A DNA stretch of 64,000 bases from an uncultured Acidobacteriota bacterium (GCA_963796275.1 CAWCKY010000004.1:928001-992000); one strand, 5' to 3'. Counted from the stretch's first letter, positions 1-9,751 are shown. Numbers and translations are program-made. The notes: generated from the sequence alone by a model not told the origin.

Positions 1-145
1 CATCAGGCTTCGTCTCATCGAGTATCCCACCTAACTCGCGCATCGACGCGATGGTGGCATCTAATTGAGCATGGTCTTCATCTGGCGGATAAGTAAATAA
101 CTGAGGCGCATGGCAGGTCGCCATGGCTGCAACAATCTCACCCAT
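1..145 (-). CDS. Class III extradiol ring-cleavage dioxygenase (LigB/MhpB-like), N-terminal part, truncated by window edge
   Basis: Manual translation from ATG at 145 (SD GGGAG upstream) gives MGEIVAAMATCHAPQLFTYPPDEDHAQLDATIASMRELGGILDETKPD, with the LigB-family N-terminal xxxHAP and xxPD motifs; downstream of ligK/galB. Absent from the ORF track. Confidence 0.8.
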   Translation of the reverse strand, partial: MGEIVAAMATCHAPQLFTYPPDEDHAQLDATIASMRELGGILDETKPD

Positions 146-170
146 ATTTGCTCCCTCTCCCGGAATGAGA

Positions 171-534
171 ATTTGAAATTCGAGATTTGAGTTGTGTTTT
201 AAAGCCCTGAAAGGCGGAGATAATCGCCAGGGCGGACGGAGTAGAGCCGTAGTAACTGGCAAGTGAGCGGGTGAGCCCGAAAGGGGCGTAATAACCTTTA
301 TTTTAGATTATTGCGTTGCTATCGCGCCGTAACAGGGCAGATCGAGATTTGCGACCATGACCAGGTTAAGCTTGGTTCCCCCCCATAGCTATAATCTCGT
401 GCCCCTTATCCCCTCATACCCGTTTGCCCTGTTGCCCTGTTGCCCCGCTTGCCCTGTTGCCCCGTTTGGGACGTCAAGTCGAAACTGGCAGCTATTGAAA
501 CACGCTGTGAGACCTCAAATTTCAAATATCAAAT
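171..534. repeat. Nested intergenic repeats: inverted heptamer runs enclosing a REP-like GCCC-TGAA-AGGC element and TTGCCCYG short tandem repeats
   Basis: ATTTGAA/ATTCGAG/ATTTGAG at 171-191 pair with CTCAAAT/TTCAAAT/ATCAAAT at 514-534; gccctgaaaggc near 203 and gcccgaaaggggc near 275; about 5 TTGCCC(T/C)G units at 424-465. Confidence 0.6.
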
Positions 535-548
535 CCTTCTTCCGAGAA

Positions 549-1229
549 TCATTCGTCAATGTATGTCACACCCAGTTCAGCCAGCTTAGCCCGCAGTCCG
601 TAAAAATCTACTCCCAATTCGCCCGCGCGTAGTCGTTTGCGATTATTTTGCTCCTTCGCGATGCGCTCGGCGCCCAGTCGTGCAACCTCTCCGGCTTCTT
701 CCCTTCTCACGACTACCACGCCATCCTGATCGCCAACGATGACGTCACCCGGCCTGACCGCCGCACCGGCGCAAACAACATCTATATTCACCGATCCGGG
801 GCTGGCTTTGACGGCTCCCTGAGCCGAAATGGATTTCGCCCATACCGGAAAGCCCATCTCGATAATATCTGCGACATCGCGAACTCCCGCATCGATCACC
901 AATCCGGCGATCGCGTGTGCCTGGCAGCTGGTCGCAAGCAGCTCGCCGAACATTCCGTCGGTCGATTCTGAAGTTGTGGCGACGACGAGGATGTCGCCGG
1001 GCCGGCAGACTTCGATCGCGGCATGGATCATCAGATTGTCCCCCGGCTGGCATGAGACCGTAACCGCAGTAGCGGCGATGCGCGCCGCCGGAGAGATCGG
1101 GCGCATGTACGGCCGCATTAATCCGGTGCGACCCTGCGCCTCGTGTACCGTGGCAACACCTTGATCGCCCAGCGTACGGATAATCTCCGTCTCAGCGCGT
1201 GAAATATTGCGAATAATCCGATGTTTCAT
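549..1229 (-). CDS. ligK: 4-carboxy-4-hydroxy-2-oxoadipate aldolase (HMG/CHA aldolase, LigK/GalC, RraA family)
   Basis: GVATVHEAQGRTGLM, PGDNLMIH, GMFGELLATS, GVRD and GDQDGVVVV motifs; pathway context. Confidence 0.9.
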   Translation of the reverse strand: MKHRIIRNISRAETEIIRTLGDQGVATVHEAQGRTGLMRPYMRPISPAARIAATAVTVSCQPGDNLMIHAAIEVCRPGDILVVATTSESTDGMFGELLATSCQAHAIAGLVIDAGVRDVADIIEMGFPVWAKSISAQGAVKASPGSVNIDVVCAGAAVRPGDVIVGDQDGVVVVRREEAGEVARLGAERIAKEQNNRKRLRAGELGVDFYGLRAKLAELGVTYIDE

Positions 1230-1951
1230 GACAGTTCGTCCGTGACCTGCGGATAGACCCGCTGAAACGCCTCGGCATACCTGATGCCCTTCTTACCCGA
1301 ATTGCGCACGGCCTGCGTGCCGCGCCGCAGCGCCAGTTGCGTGTAGTACTCCCACAGATGCTCCTGCGCCTCCATGCACTCCATCGCCATGCGCTTGCGA
1401 TCGAACACCGGAGTTATGTCGAGCAACACCTGCGGTTTGAACTCACACATCTCAGGTTGATGCGGTTCGAAAAGAAAAACGGGCGGCGCACCGATCTTCT
1501 TCGCCTCGCTCGGATAGCCCGCGGCCTGGGCATAAACGCGGGCATCCATTGTCAGACGCGCGGTCTCCGGATGATCGCCGTTGTAGGGATCGCTCAAGGT
1601 GTGCGTCAAAACGATCGTGGGCTGCGTCCGTCTGAATTCCTCGACGAGTTCCTCCACCAGTTCAGCAGACGGCCTGAGCGGATAATCCCCCGCGTCAAAA
1701 AACCTTATCTCTGCGCCGAGAATCTCTGCCGCGCGCTCGGCTTCCGAACGTCGCGCATGCTTCACCCGATCGATGGTCATTCCCGGCTCTCGCCACAAAC
1801 GCTCCGACTCGCCCCGTTCTCCGTATGACAGGCACAGTATGCGCACGCGGCAGCTGCGCGACTGATAAAGCGCGATCGCGCCGCCCGCACGCCAAACAAA
1901 ATCTGCGGCGTGCGCGCTCACTACCAGGACTGTGTCGGTCGCTTGATCCAT
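1226..1951 (-). CDS. galB: 4-oxalomesaconate hydratase GalB (PIG-L family)
   Basis: LVVSAHAADFVWRAGGAIA, LSYGERGES, DPYNGDH and FEPHQPE motifs; ATGA overlap with ligK. Confidence 0.88.
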   Translation of the reverse strand: MDQATDTVLVVSAHAADFVWRAGGAIALYQSRSCRVRILCLSYGERGESERLWREPGMTIDRVKHARRSEAERAAEILGAEIRFFDAGDYPLRPSAELVEELVEEFRRTQPTIVLTHTLSDPYNGDHPETARLTMDARVYAQAAGYPSEAKKIGAPPVFLFEPHQPEMCEFKPQVLLDITPVFDRKRMAMECMEAQEHLWEYYTQLALRRGTQAVRNSGKKGIRYAEAFQRVYPQVTDELS

Positions 1952-1955
1952 AAAT

Positions 1956-2300
1956 AGTTTTCAGTTTTCAGTTTTCAGTTGCCGATCGATACAGCTCGGC
2001 TAAAAACTAAAAACTGAAATAAACTGCTCAGCCTCTTCGCCGCGTTAGCGGCGATTGATTGTAGCCGTGGGTTTTAACCCACGGTGGCGGTAGATTTTTT
2101 TCACGTCGCGTCAGCGACGGTTGAATTCAGGCGTCGCTAACGCGACGCGGGAATAACCTCAAGCCTTCCGTGGGTTAAAACTACAATCACCGCCGCTGAC
2201 GCGGCGAAGTGACTTGGCAGTCACTTTCAGTTTTTAGTTTTCAGTTTTTAGTTCAGCAATGATTTCCCAACTGAAAACTAAAAACTGAATACTAAAAACT
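1956..2300. repeat. REP-like palindromic element (2035-2209) flanked by two inverted heptamer (AGTTTTC/GAAAACT) hairpins
   Basis: Arms CTTCGCCGCGTTAGCGGCGATTGATTGTAG and CTACAATCACCGCCGCTGACGCGGCGAAG, internal CCGTGGGTTTTAACCCACGG hairpin; heptamer runs at 1956-2019 and 2225-2300. Confidence 0.8.
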
Positions 2301-2308
2301 ATCCTTCC

Positions 2309-3247
2309 CTACTTAACCAGTCCGGCTGGAATAGTAGCCGACATCGTTTGAATCTCGCCTGCGGTGAATCCGGCGCCGAGCAATTGCTGTGCAAACATTG
2401 CAAACCCCTCAGCGACGGGCGGATTGGTAGCCTGCCCCAGATCGGTTGAGAGCATGCTGCGAGAGATGCCAGTCTGTCTTATGTTGGCAAAAACGGATTC
2501 CCACGGCGCCTTGTTAGTGTAGTACGTGGTAAAACAATGCTCAATGATAGCTCCCAGTTGTGCGAGATCGGCCTGTTCATTACCGGTGAGGTTCTGGGAG
2601 GGGAATTCAGCATGCGTAACGATGATCTTCTTGACGCCCAATTCCCGCGCCGCACGAACGAGCGGGAATATCTCGTGGCGGCCCAAATGTCCCGTCGCCA
2701 GAATCATGTCGTACTTCGCGATGAGCTCGAGACATTGGCGCGTTTCATTTGATATGTTTTCATCGGCATCCAGAACGGTTATCGGAGGGCGCGTTATGCC
2801 GGCAGCCGCAATCTCCCGCTGTATCTTCGCCCAGAACGGCAGCTTCTCATTTCCCCCGCCGGGACGGCCCGCCGTCTCATTTGCCGCATCGACTGTCGGG
2901 AACCAGACTATCTTGTTGCCCGACCGCCCCGCGATCTCCAGCGCTACCGGGTTAAGCCCCCCGACGCTGTGATTGAGCGCGATGGCGCCGTAGGATTCGA
3001 TACCGGGAACCGCGCGCGCCACGACTTTCGCCCTCTCGGCTGTCGGAATGTAATGCGACTTCAAAACGAAACCGCGCAGGCCGCGCGCGAGGAAGTCTTT
3101 TGCCAGATCTACGTCATCCGTCCGACGCTCGATCACGTCCGGCGCCACGTGCACCTGCAGATCGAATGCCCCCTCGATCGCTCTCCACGCCTCATCAGTG
3201 CAAGATGTCACTGTGCCGGATTTTTCACCGGCTATTTCTGTGCTCAT
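2309..3247 (-). CDS. DUF6282 family protein (amidohydrolase-like TIM barrel)
   Basis: DLQVHVAPD, VLKSH, GAIALNHSVGGLNP, WFPT, LATGH, IVTH and STDLGQ motifs. Confidence 0.75.
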   Translation of the reverse strand: MSTEIAGEKSGTVTSCTDEAWRAIEGAFDLQVHVAPDVIERRTDDVDLAKDFLARGLRGFVLKSHYIPTAERAKVVARAVPGIESYGAIALNHSVGGLNPVALEIAGRSGNKIVWFPTVDAANETAGRPGGGNEKLPFWAKIQREIAAAGITRPPITVLDADENISNETRQCLELIAKYDMILATGHLGRHEIFPLVRAARELGVKKIIVTHAEFPSQNLTGNEQADLAQLGAIIEHCFTTYYTNKAPWESVFANIRQTGISRSMLSTDLGQATNPPVAEGFAMFAQQLLGAGFTAGEIQTMSATIPAGLVK

Positions 3248-3292
3248 AATTCCTTCCGAATTAATCGATAATGAATGTCAGCGAATGCCCAG

Positions 3293-3321
3293 AGTATGCT
3301 AACCATAGGTCCGGGTGTCAA
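3293..3321 (-). promoter_or_regulatory. Sigma70-type promoter for the DUF6282-galB-ligK-dioxygenase operon
   Basis: TTGACA-N17-CATACT on the minus strand, about 45 nt upstream of the DUF6282 start. Confidence 0.65.
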
Positions 3322-3335
3322 GTTTTATTGATCAG

Positions 3336-3418
3336 ATCTGTCATATCAGATTCACACAACTTACACCGGCGTATATTTGTGTACCGTACGATTGCGGCCC
3401 CGTGTTTGATATATCAAA
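3336..3418. promoter_or_regulatory. Two palindromic candidate GntR operators
   Basis: ATCTG-TCATAT-CAGAT (3336-3351) and the perfect 14-bp palindrome TTTGATATATCAAA (3405-3418), each just upstream of a -35 box of the divergent promoters. Confidence 0.5.
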
Positions 3419-3429
3419 ATTTGAAATCC

Positions 3430-3459
3430 TTGACACATCAGCAGATATGCGGGCATACT
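3430..3459 (+). promoter_or_regulatory. Sigma70-type promoter for gntR
   Basis: TTGACA-N18-CATACT upstream of gntR. Confidence 0.55.
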
Positions 3460-3565
3460 CCGGGCAATGATCAAACTCGGCATATTATTTTTAGCAGATC
3501 GCTGAAAATGAAGCGGGCACGGGTCATCGGAACAGGTCGGTAGCGGGCCGATAGAGACAAAGAGT

Positions 3566-4300
3566 ATGGCAGACAACCAAGAGACGAACAGCCTGGCTGG
3601 CGAGGCTTATGTTATTTTGCGCGAGCGGATATTGCGGGGCGAATTGCCGATAGGAAAAGTTATCTCGCGCCGTAAACTCGCCGCCGAGCTCGGGATGAGC
3701 CTATTACCTGTATCCGAGGCGTTTTTGCGTCTGGAGTTTGAAGGGTTGCTCGAGAGTCGCCCGCGCGCCGGCACGAGAGTCAGGATACCGACCGAACAGG
3801 ACGTGCGCGGACACTACGTTGTCCGAGAAGCTCTGGAGGCCGAGGCCGCCAGGCTTTTCGCCGCAACCGCTTCCGGGCAGGAGCGGGCGGAGATGCAGAG
3901 ACTGGCGGCGCGCGTCGACGCCTTATCGACCCAGACCGGTGGCAACCGGTTTCTTTATTTGAATATGCACGAGAAGCTCCATCGCCGCATTGCAGAGTGC
4001 ACCCGCTGCCAGCCCTTGTGCGACGCCATCGAGAAAAATCATGTCCTGGCATCGACCTGGTTATGCGTCACACGGCAGCCATCGCCCGGCGAGTCTCCGC
4101 GGCGCCATCAAAACTTGATTGAGGTGCTGATCGAAGGTGACCCGCTGACCGCCTCCGAAGCGATGCGCTCACACATCAATGCCGCTCTCCAGAATACCCT
4201 GCATCGACTGGAGCCCTATTTTCAACTGCGTGAAGCGAGTGTGAATACTTATGCCAGGAGCCACAATTCACGAAGTCTGAAGAAGTCAAAATCATTTTAA
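3566..4300 (+). CDS. GntR family transcriptional regulator (FCD domain)
   Basis: wHTH AYVILRERILRGEL...LAAELGMSLLPVSEA...EGLL; FCD features VREALE, LHRRIA and MRSHI. Confidence 0.9.
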   Translation: MADNQETNSLAGEAYVILRERILRGELPIGKVISRRKLAAELGMSLLPVSEAFLRLEFEGLLESRPRAGTRVRIPTEQDVRGHYVVREALEAEAARLFAATASGQERAEMQRLAARVDALSTQTGGNRFLYLNMHEKLHRRIAECTRCQPLCDAIEKNHVLASTWLCVTRQPSPGESPRRHQNLIEVLIEGDPLTASEAMRSHINAALQNTLHRLEPYFQLREASVNTYARSHNSRSLKKSKSF

Positions 4301-4392
4301 ATTTTACATTTTACATTCGTCATTTGTTATTGACTCCAGTAGCCGGCAATTCAATGATAAATGTAAAATTTAAAATGTAAAATTTAAAATCT
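4293..4392. terminator. AT-rich inverted heptamer hairpin between convergent genes, probable bidirectional terminator
   Basis: ATTTTAA/ATTTTAC units pair with GTAAAAT/TTAAAAT units. Confidence 0.45.
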
Positions 4393-4698
4393 TCAGTTCT
4401 TGAGCGGGCGGCCTATCTTCTTCTCCACTGAGGCGACATTGCTCGTGAGTTTGTTTCGCTCTCCTTCATCATCTTCGATCTTGATATGAGTTATTACGTG
4501 GGGCGAGAGCCGGCGGACTCGCTCATGACAGTCGCGAATGAGCGGCATCACTTCGTCCCATTCCCCTTCAATCAAAGTGGCGGAAGCTGTCAGTTGATAT
4601 GGCAGTCCTGAACCGTCTATCAACTCGAGCGCTTTTGCGATCTCTCCGCTCACATGGGGGTCGCCGCCCAGCGGCACGATGCTCAATTCTACTAACAT
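4393..4698 (-). CDS. MTH1187/YqgV family thiamine-binding protein
   Basis: MLVELSIVPLG...SGLPYQLTASATLIEGEWDEV...IKIED...SVEKK pattern. Confidence 0.9.
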   Translation of the reverse strand: MLVELSIVPLGGDPHVSGEIAKALELIDGSGLPYQLTASATLIEGEWDEVMPLIRDCHERVRRLSPHVITHIKIEDDEGERNKLTSNVASVEKKIGRPLKN

Positions 4699-4846
4699 AG
4701 GTTATACCTCTTGAAATTGTCGGCAGTATCGCCGTGGTATTCGCACTACAAATGCGATGGCAGACTGAGCGTCAGAATTTATTGCCTTTTCCCATCACCG
4801 GGAACAGACATCGGTCAGAATAGTCTGTCCCACCTGGTCGCGGATA

Positions 4847-5842
4847 CTACAAACCTGTTATCGGATTGTTCCATCCAGCGATGAGAGCGCGTCCTGCTTT
4901 GATCTCTGCGATGTTGATGGCGAACATATCGGTCATTGTTACACGCTCGAGCATCCTCCTAAGTATTCGCTCGTCGAGCATTGCTACATCGACCCCGCTT
5001 TCCCCCAATTCCAGCCGCAATTCCTCAACCTGATTGGCGCTCCTTTGGTAAACATCGGGATAAAGATGCAGCACTCCACCCTCAACAACCTGCGTGTCGT
5101 AGTTAATATCGACCCAGACGGGAGGATCGATTTTCACGGCGAGCCGATCGGTGCTCATCTTCGCCTGCTCGATCTGCTCGTGCGTCACGGGCATCCCGCG
5201 CGCAATGACGAGCTTCTCGGTAAGATCGAAGATATCTTCGGTCAACATCCGCACGCAGCCGTGCGAAACCAGTCGCCCTATATCTGAGGGCTGGGCCGCC
5301 TGATGAATGAGAATCCCACCGCCAAGCGGGATTTTGATTTTGCCGAGCGGATTACGCAGATCATCGGCTTCAATGCGCTCCCCCACCTCGACATCTCCTG
5401 TTTCCTCCACCCAGGAACTGTCAGGCGGTATCCATTCGGGATTCCAGATGATCTCCGTCGCCTTGCGCTCGCCGGTCGGTAACGGGAAGCTGCTGCGGCC
5501 GATCCCGATCTGATAGGTTTTGACCTCTTTTCCGTTCTGCCACATTGTCAGCCGAAACGCGGGTATATCGACTGTAATCCAAACGCGCCGATCGCCTGCG
5601 ATGAGCGGCGTTTTCTCGATACTTCCACCAGTCAGTCGATCGGAGCGCTCCGATTCGTTCGTCTCCAACGACTTGCCGATGCTGTCGAACGGTATCGAGC
5701 CTCCCCATAAAGCAGGTTGTCCCGATGGCCTGGATTCGATCGATGGCCCGCTATCCTCACGATCCGATTTGCCGCATCCGATCGCACTCATCCATATAAG
5801 AATCGCGCCGATCAGCGCAATATATTTAGAGTTTATCGTCAT
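4847..5842 (-). CDS. L,D-transpeptidase (YkuD family), probable lipoprotein
   Basis: VDIPAFRL, IWNPEWIPP, NPLG and ILIH...SHGCVRM catalytic motif; likely start at 5842 followed by a signal with lipobox-like AIGC. Confidence 0.85.
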   Translation of the reverse strand: MTINSKYIALIGAILIWMSAIGCGKSDREDSGPSIESRPSGQPALWGGSIPFDSIGKSLETNESERSDRLTGGSIEKTPLIAGDRRVWITVDIPAFRLTMWQNGKEVKTYQIGIGRSSFPLPTGERKATEIIWNPEWIPPDSSWVEETGDVEVGERIEADDLRNPLGKIKIPLGGGILIHQAAQPSDIGRLVSHGCVRMLTEDIFDLTEKLVIARGMPVTHEQIEQAKMSTDRLAVKIDPPVWVDINYDTQVVEGGVLHLYPDVYQRSANQVEELRLELGESGVDVAMLDERILRRMLERVTMTDMFAINIAEIKAGRALIAGWNNPITGL

Positions 5843-6360
5843 GATCAAATATATATTTCCAGTATTATCCATACTGATAATCCATGCATCGATCCTTGCC
5901 GACCGCTTAAGAACATATACTGTCTGCTTCCCTAAATCCAATGCATGTGCATCAGTATAATTTCCGTGTACCCCTTATAGACAGTCTCCGTTCCACTTAA
6001 AAACACAATCGATCGGTCGTTGTATTTCTGTTGCAATGCTCATACCTGTTCAAATAACCAAATGGTATGGCGATCTATGACTGATTAACATACGTCGGCG
6101 AATTCGATTTCTCCATACGATCATATCGATTACTATCGATATCTTAAATGCTACATGGGCATGCAATACCGTATGGACTGAATCGAATCGAAGTGAACAC
6201 GCCTTGATATATCACAGGTCCTACTTGCCGTTTCTGTATGTTTAACTTCCATTAACATACGAATCATCATCCAGGCATACCAAGTGCGTAAGATATGTTA
6301 TCCCTGAATCCTTCAGAGTTAAATTACCTCCTTCCAGACGTTATCAATGGAGAAGAATTC

Positions 6361-6768
6361 ATGCTGAAGAAAATAATTATACGGCTGATCTATGCCGTTA
6401 TTTCTGCAACGATTCTTTCCCTTATCGGTAATTACCTCAGCTCGAGACTTGAACGCCTGCCGCGCATCCTGCGTGACAGCCGGTTCTCAGGGAGCAATCA
6501 GAAGTCAAGAGAGCATGGTACACGAGAAAATCTCGAGACAACCGATTGCAAGCCTATCGATGAATGCAAACGATTACGGAAAGAAACGCGCCCGCGTAAG
6601 AGCGGTTCTCGTAGCCAACGCAAAAGCCGCGCGATTGAGCAGAACCGGTGCAATCGAGCGGGTGAGATAAAAGGTCAGCCGAAATCGCAACGAGAATGCC
6701 GCAGCCGAAATGGGCGCAACATCTCCGATACGAATGTCAAGGATCGCGCCGCTTCAACACGCCGTTAA
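6361..6768 (+). CDS. Hypothetical protein with N-terminal hydrophobic helix and basic low-complexity C-terminus
   Basis: GGAGAAG SD before ATG 6361; IIIRLIYAVISATILSLIG helix; no recognisable family. Confidence 0.4.
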   Translation: MLKKIIIRLIYAVISATILSLIGNYLSSRLERLPRILRDSRFSGSNQKSREHGTRENLETTDCKPIDECKRLRKETRPRKSGSRSQRKSRAIEQNRCNRAGEIKGQPKSQRECRSRNGRNISDTNVKDRAASTRR

Positions 6769-6914
6769 AAATGAAATTGAAATAACTTTCTCCGGGCTAT
6801 ATACTTTTTGAAATTCGTTGATCCCCCATTCAGAAAAGTAAATTAGCCGAGTGAATGAATATTTGCGCAGACAAGCTTCCGGCAGAGATTGAACATCTCT
6901 AGATGTAGGTAGAC

Positions 6915-7811
6915 TTGGAAACAACAAAGCGACAACAGGCGCGAGTTTTGTCCTTCGTCAACCAGAAAGGTGGGACGGGCAAAACCACCTTGGCGCAAAA
7001 TCTAGCGGCGTGTTTGGGCCTCCTTCACGACAAACGCGTGCTCTGCATCGATCTCGATACCCAGGGAAATTTCGGACAGGGATTGACTAAGAATGAGCTC
7101 AGCAGTCCGAAAACCGCTGATCGTTTGCTCGTTGTTCCCAAAGTCAACATTTCCGAATACATCACCCCCTTACGCCCGAAGATCGACCTGGTCCATAATT
7201 TTTTTCAGAAAGAACTGCATGAGACGGTTGAGGGGTTACCTCTTTACCCGGACTTATTGCGGAGAAAGCTGGCCCAGGCGATGGCGGAGTATGATTACAT
7301 TATGATCGACACGCCGGCAGGGTTGTGTAAATCGACGCAGATCGGCATTGATGCATCCGATCAAGTTATCCTGGTGGTTTCCTGCGGGATCTACGGGCTA
7401 AAAGGAATGGTTGCGGTGGTCGATTGGATGAAAGGGACCTGTACCCGTCTCGGCAAACAGATGCCGCAAACCAAGGTTGTGTTAAACAACTATGACGACC
7501 GACGCCGTTACGACCGTGAATTTAAACAGGAGGTCCAACAGATCTTCGGCGATGACCTCTATCAGACGCAGGTCCGCAACAGCACCAGGGTTGCCGAAGC
7601 TGCAGCTTCGGGAATGGGAGTGATCGAGTACAATAACAACGCCCCGGTAGCCGGAGATTTCAAGCGTCTCAGCCGTGAAATTCTCGGCTTACCGCCCGAA
7701 CATCAAGCTCCCGCGGAACCGTACAATGACGAGGAAGAAATTGGTGAAGAAGTTCCTCAGGAAAAAGATCACGAACGCGAACAGGACTTAGAGTCTCAAC
7801 CTATTTCCTAG
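6915..7811 (+). CDS. ParA/Soj family ATPase (orphan) with acidic C-terminal tail
   Basis: Deviant Walker A NQKGGTGKTT, IDLDTQGN, YDYIMIDTP, RVAEA; TTG start. Confidence 0.9.
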   Translation: METTKRQQARVLSFVNQKGGTGKTTLAQNLAACLGLLHDKRVLCIDLDTQGNFGQGLTKNELSSPKTADRLLVVPKVNISEYITPLRPKIDLVHNFFQKELHETVEGLPLYPDLLRRKLAQAMAEYDYIMIDTPAGLCKSTQIGIDASDQVILVVSCGIYGLKGMVAVVDWMKGTCTRLGKQMPQTKVVLNNYDDRRRYDREFKQEVQQIFGDDLYQTQVRNSTRVAEAAASGMGVIEYNNNAPVAGDFKRLSREILGLPPEHQAPAEPYNDEEEIGEEVPQEKDHEREQDLESQPIS

Positions 7812-8541
7812 CAAAATAGAACATTCGCCCATCGCTCAAATTAAACCCGAATTCTCGCCGCGCATCATATGTGCTGACACGGCTGAAGCCCGCATCGGCG
7901 AGGGCACTGAGCACCTCTACTGTGTCGTAATAACGCTGAAAGAGGGTGAGGTCCGATCGGCGCCAGCATTCATCGTCTTTGATAAACATCGTGACCTCAT
8001 ACTTTTTCAACTTCTCCTGCTGATCATAACTGGTACGCACTATCAAAGCGTGATCATCTCCGACCAGATCGAGCGTATTTCCCAGAATTTCCTCCTCATC
8101 TTCCACGTTCATATCGAAAAGAAAGACGCCATCATCGAGCATGACGGAATGAACTCTGGAAAAAACTACCGCCAACTCTTCGATCTTCATTATATGATTG
8201 AGGCTATCGAAGGCTGATATTACGGCTTGAAAAACCTTGGGCAACTCGAAAGAGCGAGCGTCCGCATGAATGAACTCAGCTCCAGGCGCATTTGCGCGCG
8301 CGAACGTCAACATACCCTCCGAGCCGTCGATGCCGGTAACTTGATATCCGCGCTCGCTCAGGCCTGCGGCTATGTGGCCGGTTCCGCAACAGAGGTCGAG
8401 CACTCGGCAGTCCGGGCTGATGTGCGGAAAGAGCAGGACGTTGAAAATAGCCATGGCGGGACGGCTATATTCACCACCCCAATATTCATTGTAGAACCAC
8501 GCAAAGCGATCGTATTCGGAAAATACCTCTTCAACTCTCAT
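7801..8541 (-). CDS. Class I SAM-dependent methyltransferase
   Basis: VLDLCCGTG motif I, GIDGS, ADAR, FDSLNH and GVFLFD motifs. Confidence 0.9.
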   Translation of the reverse strand: MRVEEVFSEYDRFAWFYNEYWGGEYSRPAMAIFNVLLFPHISPDCRVLDLCCGTGHIAAGLSERGYQVTGIDGSEGMLTFARANAPGAEFIHADARSFELPKVFQAVISAFDSLNHIMKIEELAVVFSRVHSVMLDDGVFLFDMNVEDEEEILGNTLDLVGDDHALIVRTSYDQQEKLKKYEVTMFIKDDECWRRSDLTLFQRYYDTVEVLSALADAGFSRVSTYDARREFGFNLSDGRMFYFARK

Positions 8542-8576
8542 CTATTGATCTTCAGATAATCAGCTTTCACCAACCA

Positions 8577-8793
8577 AATCAGCCCACGGAGTGGCGGGAG
8601 ACTCCAGTCCAGGGTGGAACCGAAGGCGGAACCCTGGGTTGTGTGTCTCATCAGGTCGTGCGAGCCCGCGAAGTGGGCGATAGACCTCAAGGTTGTAGGC
8701 GTTGATCCAAACTCTGTCGCCCATATTCATGGGTTTCAAACTATATCACGAGCATACCCTGGGCTAGATTCTTCCGCCCGCTTCACGAACTGA
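8577..8793. repeat. REP/MITE-like palindromic element (GCCCAC-GAA-GTGGGC family)
   Basis: Shares agcccacggagtgg, ccagggtgg-aaccgaaggcg-gaaccctggg and gagcccgcgaagtgggcgatagac with copies at 26094 and 38800. Confidence 0.75.
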
Positions 8794-8952
8794 TCTGTGA
8801 AAAATTTTTGGGTAAGTGTCGAACCTGAATGTCAATAGGCGAGAGTCTACGGCCCGATGATTCCGCTGAGCAACGGATCGACAAAAAAATGCTGGACGCT
8901 GCGGGAAGATGGCAAGTAAAATCAGAAGCCCCTCCATCCACGAGGCCCAGAT

Positions 8953-9741
8953 ATGAATTTAACCAACAAAGTCGTGATCGTCACCGGCGGCTCGAACGGC
9001 ATCGGGCGCGCTTTATCAAAGCGGTTCGCCGCCGAAGGCGCGCGTGCCGTGGTAATCGCCGATATCGATATTGACAAAGCGAAGCAGATCGCCGCAGAGA
9101 TAGGCGGTCACGCCGTCAAGACCGATGTCGGCAACGAAGCGGAAATGAAAGATCTTGTCGAAAAAACAACCGAAAACTTCGGGAGCATCGATCTCTTCTG
9201 CTCGAACGCGGGCATCGGAGGCGTTCCCGGTTTCGCAGAAGTCGAAAAGCAAGCCTGGCAACACATCTGGGAAGTAAACGTGATGTCGCACATCTTCGCC
9301 GCGCGCGCTGTCTTACCCCAGATGATCGCCCGCGGCGAGGGCTACCTGCTCAACACCGCCTCGGCAGCCGGCCTCCTGACGCAGATCGGCTCTGCCGCAT
9401 ATTCGGTGACAAAACACGCCGCGCTGGCTTTCGCCGAATGGTTGGCGATCACCTACGGCGACCGCGGGATCAAAGTCTCGTGTCTGTGCCCGCAAGGCGT
9501 GCGGACCGACCTGCTGGATAAAGCAACCGAAAAAGGGTCGAATACTTTTTTGCTCGAAGGGGTGATCGAACCGGAAGACGTCGCCGCCGCGGTCGTCAAA
9601 GGGCTGGCCGAGGAAAAGTTCCTTATTCTGCCTCATCCTATCGTAGCAACTTATTTTCAAAACAAGGCGAACGATTACGACCGGTGGCTGCGTGGCATGC
9701 GCCGGTTACAGGCGAAAGAGTCGGCCGCCAAGTCAGAGTAA
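8953..9741 (+). CDS. Short-chain dehydrogenase/reductase (SDR)
   Basis: [18 protein letters not shown] and YSVTK motifs. Confidence 0.93.
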   Translation: MNLTNKVVIVTGGSNGIGRALSKRFAAEGARAVVIADIDIDKAKQIAAEIGGHAVKTDVGNEAEMKDLVEKTTENFGSIDLFCSNAGIGGVPGFAEVEKQAWQHIWEVNVMSHIFAARAVLPQMIARGEGYLLNTASAAGLLTQIGSAAYSVTKHAALAFAEWLAITYGDRGIKVSCLCPQGVRTDLLDKATEKGSNTFLLEGVIEPEDVAAAVVKGLAEEKFLILPHPIVATYFQNKANDYDRWLRGMRRLQAKESAAKSE

Positions 9742-9751
9742 TCGAGAAGAT

